Part shown: positions 24,177 to 37,914 of the stretch, in pieces
Position numbering within the stretch: position 1 is the first letter of the stretch
Layout: each line of letters starts with the position of its first letter
The notes under the pieces: model-generated
The model's input: only the letters and a program-made list of their open reading frames with translations
The model's database searches: none
What the model was told of the DNA's origin: nothing
Position numbers and translations under genes: made by a program
Source: Octopus vulgaris
Lineage: Eukaryota
Direction of reading: 5' to 3'
DNA length: 64,000 bases
NCBI GenBank assembly: GCA_951406725.2
Contig: OX597834.1
Location: 30,442,001 to 30,506,000 of the forward strand

Positions 24177-25004
24177 GTTTGTTTGATATTTAAAAGTAAA
24201 AGACATTTCTTAGAAAAATGAATGGATTTATTGAGAAGACTGTTTGGTAAAAATAAACCTTTCGGTTTATGATCATAAAGTGAAAATGGGAAGATATTTT
24301 GAAAAAAAAAATATTACTATGAAAATCGTATTCCCTGTATTTCATAGACGTATCTGATACCCACCAAAACAGATTTTTTTTTTTTTTTTGAAAAAGTTTT
24401 GAGTTCAGATCCTGTCATAACCTACTTTATCTTTCATCCATATCTGCTCCTCATCTGGCGTCTGCTTTCTATGCTAGCATGGGTTGGGCATGTCAACACG
24501 CTTGGGGCCAGTACTACTATTCCAGTAGTACTACTTGCCTAGAGAGGTGGGAGGTACCTCATTTTGGCTTGGTTTCTATAAGGCTGGATACCCTTCCTAA
24601 CACCAACCACTTTATTGAGTCTTCTGAGTACCTTTATTTATGCCACCAGTACTAAAGATGTGTCACATTCTTGACAAGACTAAAAGGTTCTCACAAACTC
24701 GCCCTTCTCAGAGTGTACTGGGTGTTTTTCTCATGATGCTAACATTAGAGAGGTGGCTGTCAAGTACAAGGAGGGAATGCATTGACAGTTCTTTTTCCAC
24801 ACACAATGTGTGGCCTTGCACCTATATCACAACCCAGGTAGAATTCTTTCTGCACCAGACAAAAGGCTTAACAGAATTTCTTCCTGGTTTTATGTTTCGA
24901 GGTCAAATTCTTCCGAGGCTGACTTTGCCTTTCATCTTCTAAGGATTTATAAAATAATTACCTGCTGAGCACTAAGTTTGATGTAATCAAGCAATACCTT
25001 CCCT

Positions 25005-25400
25005 CTGTGTGGTAAGTAGCTTGTTTACCAACCACATGGTTCCGGGTTCAGTCCCACTGCGTGGCACCTTGGGCAAGTGTCTTCTACTATAGCCTCGGGC
25101 CGACCAAAGCCTTGTGAGTGGATTTGGTAGACGGAAACTGAAAGAACCCCGTTGTATATATGTGTGTGTATATATATATATGTGTGCGTGTATGTTTGTG
25201 TGTCTGTGTTTGTCCCATCCGACATCGCTTGACAACCGATACTGGTGTGTTTATGTCCCTGTCACTTAGCGGTTCGGCAAAAAGAAACCGATAGAATCAG
25301 TATCAGGCTTACAAAGAATAAGTCCCGGGGTCGAGTTGCTCGATTAAAGGCGGTGCTCCAGCATGGCTGCAGTCAAATGACTGAAACAAGTAAAAGAGAG
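25005..25400 (+). mobile_element. SINE family A (young)
   Basis: Near-consensus copy. Confidence 0.9.
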
Positions 25401-26450
25401 AAAGAGAAAGAGAATGCTAAAAATAGAAAAGATGAAACCTAGAACGCAATGCAGTGCCACAAATTTTGAAGGCGTAAAAGAAGTGGCCAGTTTAACTGTT
25501 TAGCATTTAATCTGGTCATATCAGGCCCAATATTTCTCATCTGTTTTATGTCGAAACAAACCAGATCCACTCTCTCACACCTACCCTACAATGTCATTCT
25601 AAAAATATTGACATCATTAAACTCTTGCAGCTATGAGATAATATATGATTAATTCAAAACCATGTGAATTACATTTGACTGAGTCATCTCCATGCAAAAG
25701 GGGTAAAGTTGTTCTTGGTCCTTATTTTCACTTTTGTCATTTTCTGCTGAATAAAAAATAAGTATGGCATGTATTCTATTTCTATTATTTTTTCATCCAA
25801 ACAGGTGTGTATATATATACACACACACACACATATATATATGGGAGAGGTGGGAGCAACAACTATTGAAGAGGTTGCAAGAAGCAACGAAAATTTTAGG
25901 AAAGAAAAATGAGTGGAAATTGAACCAGTGAGTGTGTTAAGGCATTAAAACAAAATGACTCTCCCCAGACAACAAAACATATATATATATATTGTTCCCA
26001 CCACTACTTGACAACTGGTGTTGGTTTGTTTACATCCCAGTAGGTTAGTGATACAGTAAAAAGAGACTGATCGAATAAGTACCAAGTTTTTTTAAAAAAT
26101 CAATAAATGGTGGTGCCCCAGCATGGCCACAGCTCGTGGCTGAAACTAGATAAAATAAAAATAAAAAAAAATACTGGGGTGCATCCATTCAAATAAGATA
26201 GTTTTCAGGGTGGTGCCCCAGCATGGCTGCAGTCTAATGACCAAAGCAAGTAGGAGATAAAAGATATACCTACAAGTCATTATATATATATATATATATA
26301 TATATATGCCAAAACAGATATTGAAACTTAATTCGGTCATCTGACTTATCAGATCCTGTTGTACTTAAACTTCATCATCTTTGAACCCCTAAACCCATAC
26401 ACCGTATTTATATAACAGGGTGAAAGAGATTTCATACAGCAACCACTTAC

Positions 26451-26786
26451 CATGAATGTCTGTAGGTCAACCACCGTGTCTGATGCTAACATTGATACTC
26501 GTTCCACTAGGTCTCTTGTTAAAAGAACCATATCAGTCACAGCAGAATGCAGTTGGGAGTGGTGGTAGTATTTCCGTAAATCCTGAAAATATTTCTGTGC
26601 CAACTCCCTATTCATTATCTTAGAGAGTTTCACCCTGAGTTGTGTCTGTTGCAGCAACAGCTGCTCTTGGAATAGCTCCTACATCTGGTCCGTGTATGGG
26701 CTTAATTATGTCCAGTTTGGTGGTGGTAGCTTGCCTTCCTCTGTATATGAGTGGCTGGATGTGTCTTGTTTGCTCTTAACGTACAT
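26451..26786 (-). pseudogene. Stop-interrupted first-exon-like ORF, 112 codons (MYVKSKQDTSS...ELFQEQLLLQQTQLRVKLSK...DLQTFM)
   Basis: A single frame from ATG 26786 to ATG|gtaagt donor at 26450, with in-frame TAA (26708-26706) and TAG (26681-26679); protein-like helical composition in non-repeat DNA. Confidence 0.45.
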
Positions 26787-27033
26787 TGTGCTAAATCAAT
26801 AGCTTAAAACATAGGGCGGCAGTGTGTAATCCAGTTCTCATCATAACCAGCTAATCCTTTAGTCTACCAGTACTTAATTATACAGTTATATATTTACATA
26901 CACACACACACACACACACACGTGTGCATGCATTCAGCTAAGAAGTTTAGAAAAATATGAAATTATGAGCAAGATTCACTCACACGTGTGTGTGTATGTA
27001 TATATGTATAAGTATATATAATATATATATATA

Positions 27034-27385
27034 TCATCATCATCGTTTAGCGTCCGCTTTCCATGCTAGCATGGGTTGGACAGTTCAACTGGGGTCTGGG
27101 AAGCCAGAAGGCTGCGCCAAGCCCAGTCTGATCTGGCAATGTTTTTATGGCTGGATGCCCTTCCTAATGCCAACAACTCCGTGAGTGTAGTGGGTGCTTT
27201 TTGCGTGCCACCGACACAGGTGCCAGACGAGGCTGGCAAACGGCCACAATCGGATGGTGCTTTTTACGTGCCACCGGCACAAGGCCAGTCGGGGCGGCGC
27301 TGGCAATGGCCACGTTCGGATGGTTCTCTTATGTACCACTGGCTCTGGTATCACAGCTGCAATTTCCATTGATGTTGATCGATTT
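27034..27385 (-). mobile_element. RTE 3'-tail element
   Basis: catcatcatcgtttagcgtccgctttccatgctagcatgggttgg...gctggatgcccttcctaa. Confidence 0.85.
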
Positions 27386-28136
27386 TGATTTGGATTTTAT
27401 ATATATATATATTATTAAGATGGCTATTCACAATTTAAAAACGAAAAGGCACAAGTACAATCGTCACTACAGTGACTACAGGTGAAAATCAGCATTGCTA
27501 GAAATAAATCAAAACAACTCTTAGCCACGGGCAAAGTCCTTACCTATTAACTGACCATGGAGAACAACTCCCTATATATTAAGGTCCTGGAAGGATAGAA
27601 AGCTGGGCTATTTCCAATGCAGTACTCAACCTGAGCTTAAAGTTATCTACATATTTGACTTGGCGTCTCAAAAAACTTGGAAATCCTTCAGGTATAGAAA
27701 ATCCAGGTGTCACGTTAGTGAAACCAATGTGTAAGTTTAGGGAAGTTTAGAAAAATATAATCAAAATAAGAAGACAAAGAATTTAAAACTGCAAATATGT
27801 AACTTGTCCTGTGGAACTTCTGCGTGAATTGACATTAAAAATTGAAACAATTGTAAATGGTTATTGAAGATGTGATAACCGTTAGTGGCACTGTGTCAGA
27901 CTTGCATTAAAGGTGTACTCTTATGTTGTGCATCTACCAAGCAATGTATTTTGCTTATATCACAGAAAATAAGAAGTGTGTGTGTGGATCTAATCTGTCT
28001 ATCCATTCACACACACACACACACGAATTTGATCTAGAAGTTGTCATTGGTCAACCTGCATCCCTTTTGACTTTCAGTTTGGTATACTTCATTCTACGAA
28101 TGTATATTATAGACAGTTAAGAAGTTTGTTTCCCAA

Positions 28137-28530
28137 GGAGTGGCTGTGTGGTAAGTAGCTTGCTTACCAACCACATGGTTCCGGGTTCAGTCCCACTGTG
28201 TGGCACCTTGGGCAAGTGTCTTCTGCTATAGCCCCGAGCTGACCAAAGCCTTGTGAGTGGATTTGGTAGACGGAAACTGAAAGAAGCCCGTCGTATATAT
28301 GTATATATATGTGTGTGCGTGTATGTTTGTGTGTCTGTGTTTGTCCCCCTAGCATTGCTTGACAACCGATGCTGGTGTGTTTATGTCCCCGTCACTTAGC
28401 GGTTCAGCAAACGAAACTGATAGAATAAGTACTGTGCTTACAAAGAATAAGTCCCGGGGTTGAGTTGCTCAATTAAAGGCGGTGCTCCAGCATGGCCACA
28501 GTCAAAATGACTGAAACAAGTAAAAGAGTA
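28137..28530 (+). mobile_element. SINE family A (young)
   Basis: Near-consensus copy. Confidence 0.9.
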
Positions 28531-28651
28531 ACCAAACAGCTTTGAGTTCAGTCCTACTGTGTCTCCTACTAGAGCACTTAGCCATCCAAAGCTTTATGAG
28601 TGGCTTTGGTTGTCAGAAACTGTGTGGAGACCCTGTGTGTGTGTGTGTGTG

Positions 28652-29240
28652 TAGGAGAATTAAAACCCTGATTCCAAACTTCTGCTGTCTTGTGGCCATA
28701 CCTAGCTGTGGAGAAAGTCTGCAGGAGTAAACCTTGAGGAAAAATTGGGAATCGGAACCCCTGAGACAGTTCAACATTGTCTACAATCTGGTTCTGGCAT
28801 CTCCTGCAACAGTGCTGGTGCCAAACAATAATGACCATGCTGTTCCTTAGGATCCACTTGGAGAATGTGGACACACTGCATAGGCGACAACCTCTTCTCC
28901 ATGCCATACTGCCCAGACTCTGATCTTATCAAGTACTTTATTCTGAAGAGATAGAGCCAAACAACAGAACTCAAACAGCACCAAGGCAGCCCACACTGAT
29001 GCATGATACCATGTGGCTGCCTACTTTGGGGCTTTCCAGGGGTACGTATGGTCAAACGAAATCATACCTGCTTAAAGTGATCCTCTCGGGTTCAAAAGGT
29101 TAAGTGGTCGAGGGACCAGTTAGCTCTGAGAAATGAGGCCATTGCTATAGTAGTGAAAAAAAAAGGCAGAGTTAAGGGGCAGCACGTTTGCAAAATTGCC
29201 ATGCAGGGTCTGAGCAACCCACACCAACCAGCCCATGGAT
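28652..29240 (+). mobile_element. Probable RTE-type LINE 5' UTR fragment
   Basis: taggagaa..aaaaccctgattccaaac..ggagtaaaccttgaggaaaaat..gttctggcatctcctgc resembles invertebrate RTE leaders (recalled, not searched). Confidence 0.45.
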
Positions 29241-30924
29241 TCAGGTTTCATTTTATGATATTCACATGCAATTAAATGACTTGTTCACCTTTATCATTTA
29301 CTTCTATCTGTTTCAGTCATTGGACTGCGGCCATACTGGAGCACCACCTTAACTGCTTTAGTCAAACAAATTGACACTAGTACCTGCCACGCAGTTTCTG
29401 TGTGGAAGATTTGGTTGGCCTTGGGCTATCTACAGTAGAAAACACTTGCTCAAGGTTTTGCACTGTGGCACTGAACCCAAAACCATAATGTGACAAAGTG
29501 AACTTCTTAATCAAACAGCAACTTTTTTTTTTTTTCAATTTATTTTTACCCAGATTTCGTCTGAATGAAAGAGTTGTCTGCCCATGGCCCTCATGGGTCC
29601 TCTGTCACCGATGTGATGACACAGTTAATGTCCCTCTTAAATATTTGTCGTCATATTTTTTTTACAGATTTACAGTTATTCACAACATGTGAATATTGTT
29701 TTTAATCTTAATCCAAGTTAATCTTTTCAACTTAGAGCAGCTTAGAGAATATTTGAACTTGTACAGATAATCATTACTCATTAGCATTGAAAATTACTTT
29801 GGTTCGTCATCTTTCTGAGCACTTATGTAGTTTCGTTAGGATAATAAGCAAATCTCCATAGCTACCAAATTATTCTTTTCATATTTTCAAGTAAATAACA
29901 TCCTGATGTTCTCTTTGACAAAAACCAAGAAAACTTTGCTGGTTCATCTTTGATTCACAATCATCTCTGATAAAATTGATCCAACTATGACCATCTAGTC
30001 TAATTCCATTTTTTTCATCGAACCTAGAACAATATTAAATAATGTACTTTTCTTGTTTATAAAGGTAGTCAGCTGTAATTTGAGGGAGAATATGTTGCTA
30101 TTTCTAATGAGACAACTAGATTTGCTTTCTATTCCCTTATGTTTTTTTAAAAAATTTTTTGTCTTTCTTTAACCGGACGAAATGGCTTCAAATTCTGAGT
30201 TCATATTCCACAAAGGACAATTTTGAGATTCAATAAAATAACTACTGGTTGAGCACTGGTCTGTGTGGGGTGGGGTTGATGCAATTGACTAACCCCTTCC
30301 TCGTAAAATTACTAGTCTTGTACCAAAATTAGAATTGCTTTTAAATTTATCAAACGCGATTTGAGGAAGATTTGATTGCTGTTTCTAGCAGGTCCTATAA
30401 CCAATAGGAGCAACTACTCCCACACCACATTGATTCTTTCTCCCTCTCTGCCTCATGCTTTGATCTTGTCATTATCAGTAATATGATTTGTGGCCCATGG
30501 TTGCAAAATATCATGTTTTTAGTACAATGGGAAACACTCCTGCATTTGGGAGTTCAATTTTATATCATTTACGAGGTTTCTGATGAGATCAGATGTTAGT
30601 GTTGTTGTTATTGGTGTTATTGTTGCATTAGAAAAAAATCCTACGCTGTGTTAATAAGTGTAGTTAATGACTTGTGAGTAGGTCAGATATGATAATTATT
30701 TACATGTTAACAGGATATTTTGATGAAGTCGCATATTGTTAGTCATTAGGATTTTTGTCATTTTTAGACACTCAATAATATCTTTATGTACACACGTGCA
30801 TGTGTGTTTATGTGTGTCTGTTTGATAATGTATACAATGCTTGTAACTGCTTCTGATTCATATTTGAATATATTTAAGCGAAAATGCTTGTTCTAAAATC
30901 TCTCTAAGAAATCAACGCAATATA

Positions 30925-31214
30925 AGAAGCTTGCTTCCCAACCATATGGTCCCTGGTGCAGTCCCAGTATGTGATACCTTGGGCAAGTGTCTTCTGCTAT
31001 AGCCTCAGGCTGGCCAAAGTTATGTGAGTGGATTTAGTAGACAGAAACTGAAAGAAGCCCACCATTTCCTCTTCCTCCACCTCATCATATATATATATAT
31101 ATTGGCCTGCTTGCTTAGCCAGCGGGGTGGCGTCATTTGAAGGCTAAAACAATGCAAAAGCGCATTGTGACCAGCGATGTGTAGCAACATCTGATAGCCT
31201 GGTCGATCACGGTG

Positions 31215-31257
<43 letters not shown>

Positions 31258-31466
31258 TATATACGTACGTGTTTGTGTGTGTCCCCCCACCATCGCTTGA
31301 CAACCGATGTTGATGTGCTTGTGTCCCTGTAATTTAGCGGTTTGGCAAAAGAGATTGATAGAATAAGTATAAGGCTTACAAAGAATAAGTTCTGAGATTG
31401 ATTTGTTCGACTAAAGGTGGTGCTCCAGCATGGCTGCAGTCAACTGACTGAAACAAATACAAGAAT
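30925..31466 (+). mobile_element. SINE family A with a SINE-D tail nested at ~31101-31216
   Basis: A head and tail flank ttggcctgcttgcttagccagcggggtggcgtc...gatcacggtgata. Confidence 0.8.
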
Positions 31467-32084
31467 ATATATATATATAGTGAGAATTTACAAATAAAAC
31501 ATAAGCTAAAAAGTTAGTTATAAAATCTAAGATAATGTCGGTAGTTGTACTAACAAGTAAAGTTCATAGCCACTTCAATATAGCTGTTCCATTCAAACGG
31601 ATTTTACTGTGATTTTTTTAACCCCAAGAGGACATCTCCTCTAGCTGGTTAACAATGCACAGCTGCATCCATCCAATATATTGCAAGGAGGGGAACCAAC
31701 CCCTACCACTCTCTAGTGATGGGACCAGCATATCAGTCCTTGTTTCCGGCTATTTCTTCTTCTCTTCAGTACTGGACCCCTCATCTGCTAGAGATGGCAG
31801 TAGCTCGCCTCTGCTCACAATATATAGAAATTCAAATTATACTTTTACAGGATGAGTGGGTGACGGTGACATAGAATTTTGGCCTGCTAGGAGGCCCAAA
31901 TTTTGAAGTCCCCATTTTTGTAAAAGCATAATAAATCAGTCATTTCATCATGTCAAACCATTAATCCCTACACATTTTGCCTCTCTCCATTTTTCTTTTT
32001 TTCCTCTCAGTCCTTTCTGACAAAGAGCATAGGCTCAAAACATCAAAGACTTTTCCATTCTTCCCAAGCACTAAACTAATACAC

Positions 32085-32123
32085 CTGCTTGTTGTTCCCT
32101 TGCCAGTCTTCGTCTTTTGTTTT
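32085..32123 (-). other. Candidate 39-nt microexon ((E)NKRRRLAREQQA)
   Basis: catttacag|...CAAGCAG|gtgtat, symmetric phase 1-1, open frame. Confidence 0.25.
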
Positions 32124-32305
32124 CTGTAAATGTGTACTCTACAAAAAGCTTTCAATAATTCTGGGCACAGGTGATGGTGCCACCTAAAAAGCAGTCCACC
32201 CTGTAAAGTGGTTGGCATTAGGGAGGGCATCCTACTGTAGAAACCAAGTCAAACCAGACTTTGGAACTTGGTGTAGCTCAGGGCCTTGCCAGCCCCTGTC
32301 AAACC

Positions 32306-32540
32306 TATTTCTTTACTACCCGAAAGGAGCTAAACACAGAGGGGACAAACAAGGACAGACAAACGGTTTAAGTCGATTACATTGACCCCAGTGCGTAACT
32401 GGTACTTATTTCATCGACCCCGAAAGGATGAAAGGCAAAGTCGACCTCGGTGGAATTTGAACTCAGAACGTAACTGCAGACGAAATACTGGAAAGCATTT
32501 CGCCCGGCGTGCTAACGTTTCTGCAATCGTGCCGCGAGCT
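32306..32540 (-). mobile_element. SINE family B inserted in an RTE tail, with 11-bp TSD
   Basis: cctgtcaaacc at 32295-32305 and 32541-32551; the RTE tail continues on both sides. Confidence 0.85.
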
Positions 32541-33285
32541 CCTGTCAAACCATCCAACCCATGCCAGCACGGAAAACATGTTAAATGATGGCGATGATGA
32601 TGTATATAATTCACACATACAGATATGAAGTGGATGTCTGAGAAAAAATGATGTTACAGATTTAGGTAGAAAATTCTCAAATGTTATTTTGCTTTTAAAA
32701 GTAGGTATTTGTGGAAAGGTGTGTTTTTGTATTTTCTAATGTTTGAGTGGATTATGTTTGGTTATTTTTGAAAACAGAAATCATGAGAAGATAAAATCTG
32801 AAATTTGAACCTGAATTAAAATTCTGTACAAAATAATCAAACGAAATATAAATAAAACAAAAAACGCTGGAATTATTGATTTGAATTCAGATTTCAAAAT
32901 GAAGATTTGTCACCTTTTCTAATTATAGTTTAAGTATCATCGCATTTTGAAATCTCAAAATGAAGAATAAAAAGAGAAAATTAAAATAAGTGGAAACTGT
33001 TTCAAGGTACAGGCATGGCTGTGTGGGTAAGAAGCTTGCTTTGAAACCACATGGTTTTAAGTTCAATCCCACACCACAGCATCTTTGGTGAGTGACTTCT
33101 ATAAGTGCAGGCAGACCTATGCTTTGTAAATTTGGTAAACAGAAACTGAGTGGAAGCCCTGTGTGTGTGTGTGTATGTCTTTCTCCCACTGCTTGACGGT
33201 CTTTTGATATCAGCCCATCTGAAACTGTCGTTGATTCTATGAACCACCTGTGCCAAAACGCACTGTCACTAAAAAATAGTTATCA

Positions 33286-33413
33286 GTGGCTGTGTGGTAA
33301 GTAGCTTGCTTACCAACCACATGGTCCTGGGTTCAGTCCCACTACGTGGCACCTTGGGCAAGTGTCTTCTACTATAGCCTCGGGCCGACCAAAGCCTTGT
33401 GAGTGGATCCATC

Positions 33414-33449
<36 letters not shown>

Positions 33450-33634
33450 TTGACCCCCCCACCATCACTTGACAGCCGATGGTGGTGTGTTTACGTCCCC
33501 GTAACTTAGCGGTTCGGCAAAAGAGACAGATAGAATAAGTACTAGGCTTACAAAGAATAAGTCCTGGGGTCGATTTGTTTGACTAAAAGGCAGTGCTCCA
33601 GCATGGCCACCGAAACAAGTGAACGAATAAAAGA
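33286..33634 (+). mobile_element. SINE family A
   Basis: Head and tail match; internal deletion. Confidence 0.85.
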
Positions 33635-34267
33635 ATTGAAAAAGGCTCAATGTCCAGTCAGCTGCACCAAATGACCCCAACTAATCATTTCATTCTACGA
33701 AGACATGGTACATGTTGTCCAACCATACTCACTTGCAGGTGATTGGCAGCTATGGCTATACTAAGGCTATATGAATAGAGGCATGGTCTTAACACTAAGG
33801 CTATATGAACAGAGGCATGGTCTTAATACCCAAATATCTCATAATTGTTTCTGACCATTTAATTGGTTGCATTTTAGCATTTCTTCCCCCCCCCCCGGCC
33901 ACCCTGGAAATTTGCCAAAGAAAGATTTTCCTGATACATTTTTTTTCTGATTGGTCTCACCTCATTCATAATCTGCGATTTAATACTTTGGTTGGGCTAT
34001 CATCGATATTAGAGAGCTTGCAAAATAGATCTGAGGTAATCATTTTTAATCTCGGTTCCTAGTTTGTATGCCATGTGTTGTTTTTGTTTTTGTTTTGTTT
34101 TTTGTTTTGTTTTTTTACTTTTTTTGTTTTTTTATTCATCATGTGACATTGTTTTATCGTTCGTGTGTAATAAATAACTACGTAGGCAAGACTCTAGACT
34201 TTCGGTTTGTGAGTTTGAGATTATTTTACTGCAAGAGTCTCACTGTGTTACATTGTGGACAAACTAC

Positions 34268-34710
<443 letters not shown>

Positions 34711-35010
34711 AAATTTATAAGTATAAATTATTAATTTAAATAATTTTTTAAATTTTAACTTTAAATTTAAATATTTTGAATTTTATATATTTTATTAATT
34801 AATTTTATTTCTATGTATTGGTTTATGTTTTTCACTGTTTGATTTGCCTAATAGTGGTTTTATCTCTAATTTAATATATATATATATATATATATAATTA
34901 ATTAGAAACCTTTTGGATTAACTGGTTAGAGTGAGCCATATAGTGACCACTCTCTTATATTTATTTTATTATATATATATATATATACCTTGGTGGAGTT
35001 GTATTTATTT

Positions 35011-35053
<43 letters not shown>

Positions 35054-35334
35054 GCACACACACACACACACACACAAGATGGGCTTCTTTCGGTCACAAT
35101 CTCTCTCTCTCACTCACTCACTTTCTCTCACACTCTTGCTTTCTCTCTCACGCATTTTGATTTTACAAACAAGAGAAAAATAATTATCAACTCATTACAA
35201 AGTTCGTTTTCATTTCTTTGAAGCTGGTGATATTCTCCATCATTACTCTGAGTTTGGAATTGGAAAGACTCTTAGTAATAATACACTGAAACCTCAGCTT
35301 AGAGAGAGCATTGAAAGATGGTGTAAAATGATGG

Positions 35335-35982
35335 CATGGGTGTGTGGTTAAGAAGTTCACTGTGCAGCCCATGTGGTTTTGAGTTCAGTCCCACTCTGCT
35401 GCATCTTGGGTAAATGTCTTCTACTACAGCACCAGGTCAACCGATGCCTTGTGGGTGAATTTGGTTGGTGGAAAATCTGTGGAAGCCTACAATACCTCTG
35501 TATGTGTGTGTATGTATGTATATATATATATATACATAGGCGCAGGAGTGGCTGTGTGGTAAGTAGCTTGCTAACCAACCACATGGTTCCGGGTTCAGTC
35601 CCACTGCGTGACATCTTGGGCAAGTGTCTTCTGCTATAGCCCCGGGCCGACCAATGCCTTGTGAGTGGATTTGGTAGACGGAAACTGAAAGAAGCCTGTC
35701 GTATATATGTATATATATATATAGATAGATAGGTAGATAGACAGATAGGGGTGTGTGTGTGCCATTGTGTTTGTTCACCCCCACCACTACTCGACAACCA
35801 ACATTGGTCTGTTAGCCTCTCCATAACTTAGCAGTTCAGCAAAAGTTAGTGATAGAATGAGTACCTGACTACAGAAGGAGAAAAAAACTTCAAAAATACT
35901 CAGGTATGATTTGTTTGACTAAAACCTTTCAAGGCCATAGCAAGTCTGCTGTCCAATGAGTGAAACCAGTCAAAGATGAAAG
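35335..35982 (+). mobile_element. Old SINE A with a young SINE A 5' half nested at ~35538-35705
   Basis: Two tandem heads and one degenerate tail. Confidence 0.8.
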
Positions 35983-35989
35983 ATATATG

Positions 35990-36023
35990 AACACACACCA
36001 CACACACCATACATAACACACAC

Positions 36024-36059
<36 letters not shown>

Positions 36060-36149
36060 ATACACACAACACACACCATACACACAACACACACCATACA
36101 CACAACACACACCGTACACACAACACACACCGTACACACACACACACAC

Positions 36150-36194
<45 letters not shown>

Positions 36195-36279
36195 CACACA
36201 CACACATACACACACACACACATACTACACACACACCATACACAACACACACCATACACAACACACACCATATACACAA

Positions 36280-36310
<31 letters not shown>

Positions 36311-36478
36311 CACCATACTACACACCCACCATATACACAACACACACCATATACACAACACACACCATATACACAACACACACCATATACACAACACACA
36401 CCATATACACAACACACACCATATACATACACACACACACCATATACATACACACACACACCATATACATACACACAC

Positions 36479-36550
<72 letters not shown>

Positions 36551-37210
36551 ATACACGCAACACACACCATACACGCAACACACACCATACACGCAACACA
36601 CACCATACACGCAACACACACCATACACGCAACACACACCATACACACAACACACGCCATACACACAACACACACCATATACACAACACACACCATATAC
36701 GCAACACACACCATATACGCAACACACACCATATACGCAACACACACCATATACGCAACACACACCATATACACAACACACACCATATACACAACACACA
36801 CCATATACACAACACACACCATATACACAACACACACACACACACCACACATACATACACAACACACACACACACACACATACTATACACACACCACACA
36901 CATGCACTCACACACACCACACAACACACACATACTATACACACACCACACACATGCACTCACACACACCACACAACACACACCATATACACACACACCA
37001 TATACACACACACACACCATATACACACACACACACACCATATACACACACACACACACCATATACACACACACACACACCATATACACACACACCATAT
37101 ACACACACACCATATATACACACACACCATATACACACACACCATATATACACACATACACTATATACACACACCACTCTCACACACACCATATACACTC
37201 ACACACGCAC
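35990..37210. repeat. CA-rich minisatellite, ~18-bp unit ccatatacacaacacaca
   Basis: Blocks of variants ccatatacac, ccatacacgc, ccatatacgc. Confidence 0.95.
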
Positions 37211-37914
37211 ATATGGTGGGGGTGGGTGTGTGTATATATTTGCATGTTTCCGCTTATGAAAACAAGATTGACCTTTCCTGTTATGTTGAATGCCATTAGA
37301 AATGTTAAGAGTTTCTTGTGTTAACTTTGAGTGCATTTGAGTTACTAGGATTTGCCCTCTCTCTCTCTCGTTTTGTTGCAAGCATCGACAACACCCTCAA
37401 GGAAGAAAAAAAAAAAATACAAATCTAAAGACAATGATTCCAGGAAGTATGAGTACCAAATGTTTGTTCTTGTGTAAATCTGCATTCAGCTTCATGTTAC
37501 ATGGCAGCAAAACACGTTAATAAGCGATACCTGGTAGGCATGAAAAAAGAAGAAGAAAAATCAAAAAAGAAAATGGAAAAAATGATGTGGGAAGAGAATG
37601 TAGTGTGTGATTTGAGCATTGCTAAAAAAGAATGGTAATGTAGACCATTCTTGTAGTTCCATCCAGCCTACGCCACCTGGGAAAATTAGATGTTAATATT
37701 ATGATGGTAAATTGCATTCGTGGCTGTGTGGTTAAGTGGCTTACTTCCCAATCATGTCTTCGTTGGTTCAGTCCTGCTGCATGGACAAATGTTCTACTAG
37801 AGTCCTGGGCTGTGAGTGGATTTGGGAGACAGACACTAAAAGAAGCTCATTCTGTGTGTGTGTGTGTAAACCAAAGTCTTAGTAAGTAGGAAGGCAGACA
37901 AATCACAAATTTCT

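Noticed and set aside
25025-25442. Recurrent ORFs such as DGLLSVSVYQIHSQG...EPCGW suggesting a gene family
   Set aside because: Translations of SINE-A, mostly antisense, not genes.
29554-29623. ERVVCPWPSW resembling HMCES ERIIAPMRWGLVPSW
   Set aside because: Conserved WGL absent and a deletion/frameshift is needed; too short to call.
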